DNA of 64,000 nt from Flavobacteriaceae bacterium (GCA_027080135.1 JALWUJ010000039.1:4561-68560), one strand, 5' to 3'; shown: positions 30,221-40,277, counted from the stretch's first letter. Notes: generated from the sequence alone by a model not told the origin. Made by a program: numbers and translations.

Positions 30221-30232
30221 ATTTGTTTAAAG

Positions 30233-31444
30233 TTAATCATCATCACCAAACTCACTTTTTTGCATTTCGGAGTTTAAGTAATAGGCTCCATTAATAACAA
30301 TTACAGTATTTTCTGGGATTTTATGGATAAAAAATACTTCAGAATATCCCAAATCACTAGTTCCTTTATTAACTTGTACTTTTTCGAATGTAATGGTTTC
30401 TCCTTCTTTTTCTTTTTGAATAAATACATAGTCCAGTCCTTTTTCACTTACAAAAGCTTCTTCTGGCAAAGCATCAACTTTCTTGGATTCTATAACAATG
30501 CGAGCATCTACAAACATTCCTGTTAATAATCCTTCGTGATTACCAACAATTTTTGCGTGTACTTTTACAGCACGTGATTCCATATCAAATGCTTTTCCTA
30601 CTGCAAATATTTCAGCTTCATAAATTTTATCGGGTCTGGTGGTTAATGAAAATCTAATTTTCTGACCAACACTCACCAAATCGATGTCTTTTTCAAAAAC
30701 TTTTAAACCTAAATGAAGGTGTTCATTATTCACGATCTCAAACATTTCTTGTTCTGGAGAAACATATTTTCCCATATTAATTTCTACATTCTGAATATAC
30801 CCATCAATTGGAGCTATTACAGGAATTGAAGAAACAATCTTCCCTTTTTCCAATGAAGGAAGGCTAACTCCCATTAATTGTAAGGTCGCTTTTGAAGCGT
30901 TTAAGGTAGATTGACCTTCAAAATATGCAGCTTCGATTTGCTGAAACGATTTAGAAGAAGTAATTCCTTCTTTTAAAAGTTCCTTTTTACGTAAATAATC
31001 TTTCTCTAAAAAGGCAATATTACTTTTTGCTGAAAGATATTCTTGTTGCATCGAAATAAATTCAGGATTACTAAGTCTTGCGATTACTTGACCTTTTCTT
31101 ACTTTATCGCCTTCAATCACTTTTACGTCTTGTACTCTACCGCCAATAATAGCACTAACACTGGCTTGTTTTTGAGGCGGTAATTCTAGCTGTCCATTTA
31201 CTTTTAGACTTTTACCTAAATCAATGGACTTGACTTGTCCCATTTCAATATTCATAATGTCTAACTGCCCAATTTGAAGAGAAAGTGCGGTTCCTTCCCC
31301 TTCTTCAGATTCATTATGTTCAGAATCTGCGTTTTCAATAGACTCCTTACTTTCGCCATTTTCCTTTGTTTCTGAGGTGTTTCCACAACTTACCAAGACT
31401 ATCACAAAGAGTAAAGCGGCACTTATTTTAAATATATTTTTCAT
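30233..31444 (-). CDS. czcB: CzcB-like RND periplasmic adaptor lipoprotein
   Basis: Lipobox LVSC, lipoyl-type V.EGD.V.KGQ and L..GMFV. Confidence 0.88.
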   Translation of the reverse strand: MKNIFKISAALLFVIVLVSCGNTSETKENGESKESIENADSEHNESEEGEGTALSLQIGQLDIMNIEMGQVKSIDLGKSLKVNGQLELPPQKQASVSAIIGGRVQDVKVIEGDKVRKGQVIARLSNPEFISMQQEYLSAKSNIAFLEKDYLRKKELLKEGITSSKSFQQIEAAYFEGQSTLNASKATLQLMGVSLPSLEKGKIVSSIPVIAPIDGYIQNVEINMGKYVSPEQEMFEIVNNEHLHLGLKVFEKDIDLVSVGQKIRFSLTTRPDKIYEAEIFAVGKAFDMESRAVKVHAKIVGNHEGLLTGMFVDARIVIESKKVDALPEEAFVSEKGLDYVFIQKEKEGETITFEKVQVNKGTSDLGYSEVFFIHKIPENTVIVINGAYYLNSEMQKSEFGDDD

Positions 31445-31462
31445 TTTATAAAGATTTTATTT

Positions 31463-34400
31463 TTAGTATTTTCCTGTTAAGTAATTAATTTCGTTAATCG
31501 TATGATTGTACAAATTAAGTTTTTTCAAATAGTCGCGTTTTATGGATACAGCCTGCTCTATGGTTGCGATATAAGCCACATAACCTACCTCCCCTTCTTT
31601 GTAAGCAATGTTTGCTGAAGAGAATAATTTATCGGCTAATTGCAATCCTTTAGACTCGTAATAATCTAAGGAAGCTTTTTGTTTTTCGAACTCCTGAATG
31701 TTTGCTTTTAAACTAGCATTCATGTCTAATTTGGTCTGCTCGTAATTTAATTGTGCAATTTCAGAATTTACTCGAGCAGCTTTTGCTTTTCCGTCCTGTG
31801 ACCATAAAAAGATAGGGACTTTTACTCCTACTTGAAAGCCTTGAAAGTTTTTTACTCCTTCTATTTGTTGGTTAAAATATCCTGCTGAAATGTCTGGTAA
31901 AAACTGAGCTTTTTCTAATTTATGTTCTCTTTCTGAAATGGAAACCAAATTTTCTTGATACTGTAAAAACGGACTTTCATCTGTTAATTCTTCTACGGAA
32001 GCAAACGAAATTTTAGTTAGTTCTAAATCTGAAATAGTTACCTCTTGTTCTACATTTAACAATAATTGAAGCTGTTTACGAAGATTTTCTACATCTAAAT
32101 TTGCTTCGGATTTTAACAACCTTATTTCTTCTCGTTTTCCTTCTGCAGACATCTTTTCTATCAAATTGGTTTCTCCAGATTGATAGCGTTTTTCGGCTAT
32201 GATGGCAAAGTTTTTAAACTCGTTTTCCAATTCTTCAACTAGAGCAAATCTGCTTTTAGCATACTGAAGTTCCATATAAATGGCACGTACTTTTCGTTCT
32301 AAATTATTTTTCTGAATTAACAAAGAAGTTTCGCTCAATGCCACTCTTTCATTTTGCAATTTAGACTGCGTACCATAGACCGTTGGAAATCTAAAATCTT
32401 GCGATATCTCCCATTGGTAATCTGTTACCTCACTGTTTAACTGTCCACGACTGTAAGAAACCGAGGTCTTTTCAAAATCGATTGCGGAGCTTTTTAAATT
32501 CTCTTGTTTATCAATTTCAAAGTTAGCTGCTTTTATACTTGGATTATTTTCAAAAGCAATCGTTAAAGCTTCTTCTACTGTTAAATTCTTCGTGTTAATA
32601 ACAGGTTCTTCTTCTTGAGCAGATGAATTCTGACTTCCAACGAAAGTTAAGAATCCGATAAGTACAAGACTTGCTAGCTTTTTATTCATTTTTCTAAGGT
32701 GTCTTTTTTCAGATTTAGTTTCAAAAACATAATATAAAACTGGCACCACCAATAAAGTTAATAAGGTAGAAGAAATTAAACCTCCAATAACTACGGTTGC
32801 CAGTGGTCGTTGTACTTCGGCTCCTGCTGAAGCTGAAATTGCCATAGGTACAAAGCCCATAATTGCTGCGATTGCCGTTAATAATATAGGACGTAAACGC
32901 TCTTTAGTTCCTAGTAATATTCGGTCTTTTAAATCGGTGTGTCCTTCTTCTTTTAAACTATTAAATCTACTTACTAGAACCAGTCCGTTTAGTACGGCAA
33001 CTCCAAAGAGTACCACAAACCCTACTCCTGCCGAAATACTGAATGGCATTCCTCTTAAAGCCAAACTAAAGATTCCGCCAATGGCAGCCAAAGGCACTGC
33101 CATATAAATCATTGAGGCTTGCGAAATAGAATTTAACGCAAAATAAAGCAAGATGAATATTAAGAATAATGCAATTGGCACTACAATTGAAAGTCGTTCC
33201 TTTGCACGTTTTAGATTTTCGAAAGAACCTCCATATTCAATAAAATAGCCCTCTGGCAAATCTAATTCTGCGTCCAAACGATCTTGAACTTCTTCCACCA
33301 TTGACTCTACATCTCTTCCTCTTACGTTGACTCCTACAGAAACTCTTCGATAAGTATTGTCCCTAGAAATCTGCATAGGACCGGGTTTGTAACTAATTTC
33401 GGCTAATTCTTTTAAAGGAATTTGAGCTTTTTCATTAGGTAGATCTACAAATAAGTTTTTTAAATCGTCGATACTCTGTCTGTAGGTATCGGAAAATCGA
33501 ACTACTAAACCGAAACGTTTTTCGCCTTCAAAAATAATTCCTGCATCAGCTCCTGAAAAAGCTGCACTTACATAACTATTTAATTTATCGATTGTCAAAC
33601 CATATTTAGCTAATTTTTCTCTTTGATAAACTACGGTGATTTGTGGTAAACCATCGGTTGCTTCGGCTCTTACATCTGCAGCACCATCAATTGTTTGGAT
33701 AATTGCAGCCATTTCTTCCGCTTTTATTGCAAGTACATCTAAATCGTTTCCGTATAATTTAATAGCAACATCTTCCCTAACTCCTGTAAGAAGCTCGTTA
33801 AAACGAAGTTCTACAGGTTGTGTAAAAATGAAATTTGCACCAACAATAGATTTTAATTTGTCTTGCATTTTTTCAATTAATTCTGCCTTGGTAGTTGCAG
33901 AAGTCCATTTGTCCATATCTTTTTCAAGAATGATAAAACAATCGGCAATATCCATTGGCATAGGATCGGTTGGAATTTCTGAGACTCCAATACGACCTAC
34001 CATGGTTTTTACTTCTGGGAAATTATCGTTGATAATGTTTTCAACTTGCTCCGAAACTTTAATAGATTCGGTTAATGAAGAACCAGGTTTCATTATAATT
34101 TGCATTGCCATATCTCCTTCATCTAATTTCGGAATAAATTCTCCTCCCATATTTGAAAACACAAAACCTGCTAACACAAATAATGAAACAGCAACTAAAA
34201 TTACAACGGTTCTTACTTTTAAAGCTCCGTTAATTAAGGGTTTGTAGGCTTTAAATATTGCCCCCATTGCCTTGTCACTAATTTTAGTAAGCCAATCTTC
34301 TACGTTGGTAAACCATTTTCTTTTCTTTTGTGAAGTGGGTTTCATAAACAAACTCGCCATTACTGGAACATACGTTAAACAAAGCAATAATGCTCCTAAA

Positions 34401-35857
34401 ACTGCATAACCGAATGTGAACGCCATGGGACGGAACATTTTTCCTTCCACTCCTGTTAAAAACAAAATTGGAGTAAAAACAATCAAGATGATTAACTGTC
34501 CGAAGAATGCCGAATTCATCATCATACTACTAGATTTATAGGTGAGTTCATCCATTTCTTTGGAAGTGAAATCCTCATTATTTTTCTTTAATCTTTCCTG
34601 AATGTGATGAACAGTTCCTTCGACAATAATCACAGCACCATCGACTATAATTCCGAAATCAATCGCTCCTAAAGACATTAAGTTTGCCCACACTCCTGTT
34701 GCTTTCATTAAGATAAATGCAAATAATAAGGATAAAGGAATAATGGATGCCGTTAGTAACCCACCACGAATACTTCCTAATAAAAATACTAAAACAAAAA
34801 CTACGATTAAAGCGCCTTCGATTAAGTTTTTAGATACCGTACTAGTAGTTCTGGCTATTAATGAACTTCGATCTAGGAAAGGCCTAATTTCTAACCCTTC
34901 TGGTAATGACTTTTGAATACTTGCAATACGATCTTGCACATTTTTAATCACTTCATTTGGGTTTTCCCCTTTCAGCATTAATACCTGTCCACCTACAGAT
35001 TCTTGCCCGTCTTCGGTAAAAGCACCAAAACGAACCGAGGATCCAAATTGTACAGCATCGGCAACATCTTTAATAAGTATAGGTGTGTTGTTGTTGTTTT
35101 CAATCACGATGTTTTCGATGTCTTCAAGAGATCTTGCCAATCCTTCGCCACGAATAAAATTAGCTTGGTGGTTTTTCTCTATATAAGCACCTCCTGTGTT
35201 GGAGTTGTTTTTTTCAAGGGCTTCAAAAACCTCGCTGATGCTAATACCCATACTGTTTAGACGGTTTGGGTTTAGGGCGATTTCGTATTGTTTTACATTT
35301 CCTCCAAATGAATTAATTTCAACCACACCAGGCACTAAAGCCATTTGTCGTTTTACAATCCAATCTTGAATGGTACGTAGTTCGGCTGGAGAGTAATTAT
35401 GTTCGTAACCTTCTTTAGGAACAAGCGAATATTGGTAAATTTCACCAAGACCTGTAGCAATTGGAGCCATAAATGGTTTTCCGAAGCCAGCAGGAATATC
35501 CTCTTGGATTTCAGTAAGTTTTTCCTGTACTAATTGTCTTGGAAGGTAAGTTCCCATTTCGTCTTTAAATACGATGGTTACCACTGAAAGCCCGAAACGA
35601 GAAACCGAACGAAGCTCAATCACACTAGGTAAATTGGCAACGGCGAGCTCTACGGGATAGGTTACAAATTGCTCGATATCTTCGGTACCGAGATTGGGAG
35701 CAACGGTAATAACTTGCACCTGATTGTTGGTGATGTCGGGAACCGAGCCCAATTTAATAGTCATCATGGAATAGGTACCGACTCCGATGAGCACCAGCAC
35801 CATCAATCCGACAATGAACTTATTATGTATGGAAAAGTTTATGATTTTATTAATCAT
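31463..35857 (-). CDS. czcA: CzcA-type heavy-metal RND permease fused to a TolC-like domain
   Basis: VPDITNNQVQV, LGAIDFG, RLRPILLT and AEVQRPLA, then about 400 aa TolC-like (A.ENNP). Confidence 0.92.
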   Translation of the reverse strand: MINKIINFSIHNKFIVGLMVLVLIGVGTYSMMTIKLGSVPDITNNQVQVITVAPNLGTEDIEQFVTYPVELAVANLPSVIELRSVSRFGLSVVTIVFKDEMGTYLPRQLVQEKLTEIQEDIPAGFGKPFMAPIATGLGEIYQYSLVPKEGYEHNYSPAELRTIQDWIVKRQMALVPGVVEINSFGGNVKQYEIALNPNRLNSMGISISEVFEALEKNNSNTGGAYIEKNHQANFIRGEGLARSLEDIENIVIENNNNTPILIKDVADAVQFGSSVRFGAFTEDGQESVGGQVLMLKGENPNEVIKNVQDRIASIQKSLPEGLEIRPFLDRSSLIARTTSTVSKNLIEGALIVVFVLVFLLGSIRGGLLTASIIPLSLLFAFILMKATGVWANLMSLGAIDFGIIVDGAVIIVEGTVHHIQERLKKNNEDFTSKEMDELTYKSSSMMMNSAFFGQLIILIVFTPILFLTGVEGKMFRPMAFTFGYAVLGALLLCLTYVPVMASLFMKPTSQKKRKWFTNVEDWLTKISDKAMGAIFKAYKPLINGALKVRTVVILVAVSLFVLAGFVFSNMGGEFIPKLDEGDMAMQIIMKPGSSLTESIKVSEQVENIINDNFPEVKTMVGRIGVSEIPTDPMPMDIADCFIILEKDMDKWTSATTKAELIEKMQDKLKSIVGANFIFTQPVELRFNELLTGVREDVAIKLYGNDLDVLAIKAEEMAAIIQTIDGAADVRAEATDGLPQITVVYQREKLAKYGLTIDKLNSYVSAAFSGADAGIIFEGEKRFGLVVRFSDTYRQSIDDLKNLFVDLPNEKAQIPLKELAEISYKPGPMQISRDNTYRRVSVGVNVRGRDVESMVEEVQDRLDAELDLPEGYFIEYGGSFENLKRAKERLSIVVPIALFLIFILLYFALNSISQASMIYMAVPLAAIGGIFSLALRGMPFSISAGVGFVVLFGVAVLNGLVLVSRFNSLKEEGHTDLKDRILLGTKERLRPILLTAIAAIMGFVPMAISASAGAEVQRPLATVVIGGLISSTLLTLLVVPVLYYVFETKSEKRHLRKMNKKLASLVLIGFLTFVGSQNSSAQEEEPVINTKNLTVEEALTIAFENNPSIKAANFEIDKQENLKSSAIDFEKTSVSYSRGQLNSEVTDYQWEISQDFRFPTVYGTQSKLQNERVALSETSLLIQKNNLERKVRAIYMELQYAKSRFALVEELENEFKNFAIIAEKRYQSGETNLIEKMSAEGKREEIRLLKSEANLDVENLRKQLQLLLNVEQEVTISDLELTKISFASVEELTDESPFLQYQENLVSISEREHKLEKAQFLPDISAGYFNQQIEGVKNFQGFQVGVKVPIFLWSQDGKAKAARVNSEIAQLNYEQTKLDMNASLKANIQEFEKQKASLDYYESKGLQLADKLFSSANIAYKEGEVGYVAYIATIEQAVSIKRDYLKKLNLYNHTINEINYLTGKY

Positions 35858-35963
35858 GAATTTTGGGTTTTAAAAAATTTTAAATAGGTAATAGGTACTC
35901 TTAATTAAAATGAGTGTAGTGAATCTGAAGATTCCTGTCATACTTTAAAATTTTGTTATTTTA

Positions 35964-36043
35964 ACACTTCAACAAACTCAGTGTACAACAAATTAGTATA
36001 AGCAAAGGAACTAGGTAAATTACACTTCGACAAGCTCAGTGTA
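35964..36043. repeat. Two tandem family-A REP-like hairpins
   Basis: acacttcaacaaactcagtgta and tacacttcgacaagctcagtgta. Confidence 0.7.
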
Positions 36044-36075
36044 CAACTTAGTTAACACAAGTAACAGGAATGTGG

Positions 36076-36387
36076 TTAAACCCTTGGAGGTTGGAGTATA
36101 GAATTAGGAATGTCTTTTCCTAAGTTATCGATGTGAAAAAACACCTCTGAAGGGATTTCAGTAGTAAAAGTTGCGAATTTAATAATATTGAACTCTGCCA
36201 CATGAACTTGGCAGCATTGACAATGACAGAACGGCGAACATAAGTCTGAAGCATTATGATCGTGATCTAAATCTTGCAATTGCACTATTTCAGTATTTGA
36301 AGAATTATCAAATGCCGAACTATCCTCACAAGGTGCAAAGTTGAGTGCCAATACGTAAACCGCTAAAATGAATGTTATAAATTTCAC
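36076..36387 (-). CDS. DUF6660-type small Cys/His-rich protein (first gene of the czc operon)
   Basis: GTG start at 36387 gives a signal-like N-terminus, PCED, CSPFC.C.CC and a C-terminal QPPRV. Confidence 0.75.
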   Translation of the reverse strand: MKFITFILAVYVLALNFAPCEDSSAFDNSSNTEIVQLQDLDHDHNASDLCSPFCHCQCCQVHVAEFNIIKFATFTTEIPSEVFFHIDNLGKDIPNSILQPPRV

Positions 36388-36392
36388 AGAGG

Positions 36393-36428
36393 CAAATATA
36401 CAAAATTTGTGTTGCAATGGTAGTGCAA
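36393..36428 (-). promoter_or_regulatory. czc promoter: -7 box plus TGCAA-N5-(T/G)TGCA operator
   Basis: TATATTTG at 36393-36400; ttgcaatggtagtgcaa at 36412-36428. Confidence 0.65.
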
Positions 36429-36557
36429 AAAACATCGATACATTAAACAAAATATTTCAATATTAATACAAATCTTATATTGTCGGAACTAAATAGGAAC
36501 ATTCTACAAATAAAAACCGTAAAAAGCTTTATTTTAGCTAATTACGGTTTTATAATG

Positions 36558-36642
36558 CGGAGAAAGAGGGATTCGAACCCCCGGAGGTGTGACCCTCAAC
36601 AGTTTTCAAGACTGCCGCATTCGACCACTCTGCCATTTCTCC
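36558..36642 (-). tRNA. tRNA-Ser(TGA)
   Basis: GGAGAAA...TTTCTCCG acceptor, CT-TGA-AA anticodon loop, long variable arm and GGTTCGAATCC. Confidence 0.97.
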
Positions 36643-36670
36643 TTAGTGTCTCATCAGATATTCTCTGAAT

Positions 36671-36686
36671 GCGGCTGCAAATATAA
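36671..36686 (-). promoter_or_regulatory. Stable-RNA promoter TTATATTTGCAGCCGC
   Basis: Identical 16-mer upstream of tRNA-His at 39505-39520; contains TAnnTTTG. Confidence 0.75.
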
Positions 36687-36736
36687 TATGCTTTTTTAAT
36701 TTAATAAAGATTTATTACAATTTTATATAAAAAAAT

Positions 36737-36772
36737 ATGGTCGCCTAAAAAACCAACGAATTAGGCGACCAT
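36737..36772 (-). terminator. Strong hairpin terminator
   Basis: 12-bp stem atggtcgcctaa/ttaggcgaccat, with a U-tract on the minus strand. Confidence 0.7.
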
Positions 36773-36998
36773 TTTGCACAGATTTTCTAAACTTTGTGTG
36801 CCAATTTTTAAATTTGAAAAGTATTATATATTATTAACTAAACAATAATAAACGGTATGGTTAAATAAATTTCTTTTTCATAGCAATTTAATTTTTAACA
36901 AACCGTATGAATAACTTTCATACTGTAAATAAACACCATAAAAATCGAATTTTGATAAACCCCGATAAGAGTTTACCTTTTTTTGATAAAAAAAACTA

Positions 36999-38009
36999 TT
37001 AACAAAAAAAGAAATAATCTCTATTTACACGATAATTCAACTTGTCAAAATAGTAAATTATTTTTTCTTGTGCCGTTGAATTAGCAACAGTAATAATACT
37101 TTGAGAGTTTTTTATATGTTTTAAAGCCGTAAATGGCAACATTTCTTGTTCGTAAATATGCTTTCCTATTTTCTTAGGGTTGTCGCAAATCCAATAAAAA
37201 TTAATATTTTTTTCTAAAAGTTTTTTTGCAATATTTTTTCCCTTATTTCCTGCTCCCCAAATCACTAATTTTTTATTTTTATCAAAATCAAGATCTAAAA
37301 AATACTTTAATTTAATTTCTAAAAAAGTATAATCTGCATAATAAGGATCTGTTCTTGAAGTTCTTGTTGCATAGTCTCTCCAAAAATGTAAAATCTTCGA
37401 ACAAGCAATAGGTTTTAATTCGTTTTTGTAGAATCTGAAAGCTAGATCATAATCTTCAGGATAATAGTTAGGGTTAAAAGCTTCCGATAATTCAAAATCT
37501 TTTCTAAAAACCATCCAACAAGGCGAAGGAATTGCACATTCCTTATAAATACCCTCAAAATTGGTTCCTGTTGAAATCAATCCATTCAACCATCTTTCAT
37601 AATTTTTAAATCCATCACCCAATTCTTTTTCTGAAAAATATTTCACTAAACCCAAGGCAATATGACCACTACCCGATTTTAATAAATTCGATTTTAAAAC
37701 TTCTAACTTATCTAAACTCATTTTATCGTCCGAGTCCATCCTAGTGATAAAATTGCCCTTACTTTTTGAATAAGCTAATCGTAAAGCTTCAATAATTCCA
37801 TTTTCTGAATTTTTAAAGACTCTTATTCTCTTATCTTTTAATGCATATTCTCTTAAAATTAAAAAACTATTATCAGTAGAATAATCGTCTATCACAATTA
37901 ACTCCCAATTTGTTTCGGTCTGATTTACAATAGAATTCAAACATTCTTTCAAAAACAATTCGGTGTTTTTTACAGGCATTAAAATACTAATCAACGTGTT
38001 TTTATTCAT
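36999..38009 (-). CDS. GT2 family glycosyltransferase
   Basis: ISILMPVKN, VIDD.STD, RMDSDD and PEDYD. Confidence 0.9.
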   Translation of the reverse strand: MNKNTLISILMPVKNTELFLKECLNSIVNQTETNWELIVIDDYSTDNSFLILREYALKDKRIRVFKNSENGIIEALRLAYSKSKGNFITRMDSDDKMSLDKLEVLKSNLLKSGSGHIALGLVKYFSEKELGDGFKNYERWLNGLISTGTNFEGIYKECAIPSPCWMVFRKDFELSEAFNPNYYPEDYDLAFRFYKNELKPIACSKILHFWRDYATRTSRTDPYYADYTFLEIKLKYFLDLDFDKNKKLVIWGAGNKGKNIAKKLLEKNINFYWICDNPKKIGKHIYEQEMLPFTALKHIKNSQSIITVANSTAQEKIIYYFDKLNYRVNRDYFFFC

Positions 38010-38096
38010 ATGTGTAAATATAAAAATAGGTTTTCACATAACTTTCACATTTATCATTTATAGTTCCATTATATTTATGCTCTTAAAATTATCTTT

Positions 38097-39110
38097 ATGA
38101 ATCGAATATTAGCTGCACTTGTCGTAATCTTAACGGTCTCTTGCAACTCCGCTCAAAACGCAAGTTCTTCAAATAAAAAGTCTGCTGAAGACTATGCAAA
38201 CACCATCACCGCCAAAGAATTAAAAACCCATCTTTATATTCTTGCCGATGATAATATGAAAGGAAGAATGACAGGCGAAAATGGAAATAATAAGGCTGCA
38301 GAATATCTTCGGAATTATTATATAGACCAAAACATTCAGTCTCCTATTGAAAAAAACAACTACTATCAGACAATTCCAGCCGACTTTTTTAATGGTGCTA
38401 CTAACGGAAGCCCTTCACAAAATGTCGTAGCCTTTATTGAAGGTTCAGAAAAACCAAATGAAATCATTGTACTTTCTGCTCATTACGATCACGTTGGTGT
38501 TAAAAACGGAAATGTTTACAACGGTGCTGATGACGATGGAAGCGGAACCGTTTCTTTAATGGAAATGGCTCAGGCTTTTCAAATAGCAAAAAACAACGGA
38601 AACGGACCTAAACGTTCTATCCTAATTTTACACGTTACGGGAGAAGAAATTGGTTTATTTGGTTCTAAATATTACACCGAACATCCTCTTTTTCCTTTAG
38701 AAAATACGGTAGTAGATCTAAATACTGATATGGTTGGAAGAATTGGTTCTGAAAAAGAAGGAAACGACAACTATATTTATTTAATAGGAAGTGATAAGCT
38801 AAGTCAAGAGCTTCACGATTTATCGGAAGCAGTAAATAAAAAATACACTCAATTAGAATTAGATTATACTTATAATGACGAAAACGACCCCAACCGTTTT
38901 TACTACCGAAGCGATCATTACAACTTTGCAAAAAACAACATTCCTGTAATATTTTATTTTAACGGAACTCACGAAGACTATCATCAGCCCGGAGATACAC
39001 CCGATAAAATAGAGTACGATTTAATGGCAAAAAGAGCCAAACTTATCTTTTTAACGGCTTGGGAGATTGCCAATCGTGAAGGGAGAATCACAGCCGATAA
39101 ATTAAAGTAA
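38097..39110 (+). CDS. M28 family peptidase lipoprotein
   Basis: Lipobox TVSC, SAHYDH, GADDDGSG, GEEIG, RSDH and YH...D. Confidence 0.93.
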   Translation: MNRILAALVVILTVSCNSAQNASSSNKKSAEDYANTITAKELKTHLYILADDNMKGRMTGENGNNKAAEYLRNYYIDQNIQSPIEKNNYYQTIPADFFNGATNGSPSQNVVAFIEGSEKPNEIIVLSAHYDHVGVKNGNVYNGADDDGSGTVSLMEMAQAFQIAKNNGNGPKRSILILHVTGEEIGLFGSKYYTEHPLFPLENTVVDLNTDMVGRIGSEKEGNDNYIYLIGSDKLSQELHDLSEAVNKKYTQLELDYTYNDENDPNRFYYRSDHYNFAKNNIPVIFYFNGTHEDYHQPGDTPDKIEYDLMAKRAKLIFLTAWEIANREGRITADKLK

Positions 39111-39123
39111 TATTAAACCATTT

Positions 39124-39230
39124 CCTGCAAGGTTTTAAAACCTTGTAGGTATTAAAAAACACTCCAGACCTCTCAGGTTTCCTTTGTTCTCCAAAGCTTT
39201 TAAGCATAGGAGAAAAAACCTTTGAGGTCT
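39124..39230. repeat. Family-B palindrome followed by a second B-like palindrome with a nested insert
   Basis: cctgcaaggttttaaaaccttgtagg; agacctctcaggttt...aaacctttgaggtct. Confidence 0.7.
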
Positions 39231-39254
39231 TTTTAGTTTTACAAAGTTTAGTCC

Positions 39255-39426
39255 ACAAAAAAAGCTCCCCATTTAAGAGAAGCTTTGTCTTTTGGGTGGA
39301 AGACCGGATTCACTTCGACTACGCTCTGTATAAACTTCTCATCCTACTTGTTATTATTAAAATTCGCCTACAAAAAAAGCTCCCCATTTAAGAGAAGCTT
39401 TGTCTTTTGGGTGGAAGACCGGATTC
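39255..39426. repeat. 57-bp exact direct repeat (tRNA-His 3' end plus downstream hairpin)
   Basis: 39255-39311 is identical to 39370-39426. Confidence 0.95.
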
Positions 39427-39484
39427 GAACCGGCGACCTCCTGAACCACAATCAGGCGTTCTAACCAACTGAACTACAACCACC
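39410..39484 (-). tRNA. tRNA-His(GTG)
   Basis: CCTGA-TT-GTG-GT-TCAGG anticodon arm, G-1/C73, GGTTCGAATCC; acceptor stem has two U-U mismatches. Confidence 0.93.
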
Positions 39485-39560
39485 ATTTTAATTTCGCTTT
39501 TAAAGCGGCTGCAAATATAAATCTTTTCATTTCGTTTTACAATAGAGATTGAAAAGAATT

Positions 39561-40277
39561 TTAAATAATATCATATAAAGATTTTACCGCTACAAAACGT
39601 TCTACGGTAAAGCCTTCTCCGTGTTCGGTTCCTATTAATCTTCCTAATTCTTGTGCCCTGTAGGTTATACTATCTTTAAAATTAGTAGTCGATATTGGTG
39701 TAACTGGCTCGTTAGAATCTTGTTGATGAAACTGAGTTTTATATGCTAAAACAGATTCCAATTTCTTATCGATAAATCCTGAAACATCCACTACAAAATC
39801 GGGTTCTATATTTTTCCACTGTATATAATGATAGACGTGTTTTGGCCGCCAAGCTTCTTGATTTTTTCCTTCTGAAGTAGTTTCAATTTTTCGCAATCCA
39901 CTCAAAAAACAAGCATCACTTACTAAGCTACTCCCTTTTGGGTGGTCGATATGACGATCGTCAATGGCGTTACACAAAACAATATCTGGTTGATATTTAC
40001 GAATCATTTTAATTATTTTTAACTGATGTTCTTTATCATTCACAAAAAATCCATCGGCAAATTCCATATTAACTCTAAAACTAGCTCCTAATATTTTTCG
40101 AGCATCTTCTGCTTCCACATCCCGAGTTTCTGCGGTTCCGCGAGTTCCTAATTCACCTCTAGTTAAATCGATGAATCCAACCGTTTTTCCATTGGATATT
40201 TCTTTAGCAATGGTTGCTCCTGCTCCTAATTCTATATCGTCTGGATGTGCACCAATGGCGAGTATGTCTATTTTCAT
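39561..40277 (-). CDS. bshB1: Bacillithiol biosynthesis deacetylase BshB1
   Basis: AIGAHPDD, LTRGELGTRG and RHIDH. Confidence 0.85.
   Translation of the reverse strand: MKIDILAIGAHPDDIELGAGATIAKEISNGKTVGFIDLTRGELGTRGTAETRDVEAEDARKILGASFRVNMEFADGFFVNDKEHQLKIIKMIRKYQPDIVLCNAIDDRHIDHPKGSSLVSDACFLSGLRKIETTSEGKNQEAWRPKHVYHYIQWKNIEPDFVVDVSGFIDKKLESVLAYKTQFHQQDSNEPVTPISTTNFKDSITYRAQELGRLIGTEHGEGFTVERFVAVKSLYDII

Noticed and set aside
31463-35857. CzcA-TolC fusion as a novelty
   Set aside because: This architecture is common in Bacteroidota heavy-metal RND systems.
36480-36668. 62-aa ORF on the + strand
   Set aside because: It is the antisense reading of tRNA-Ser.
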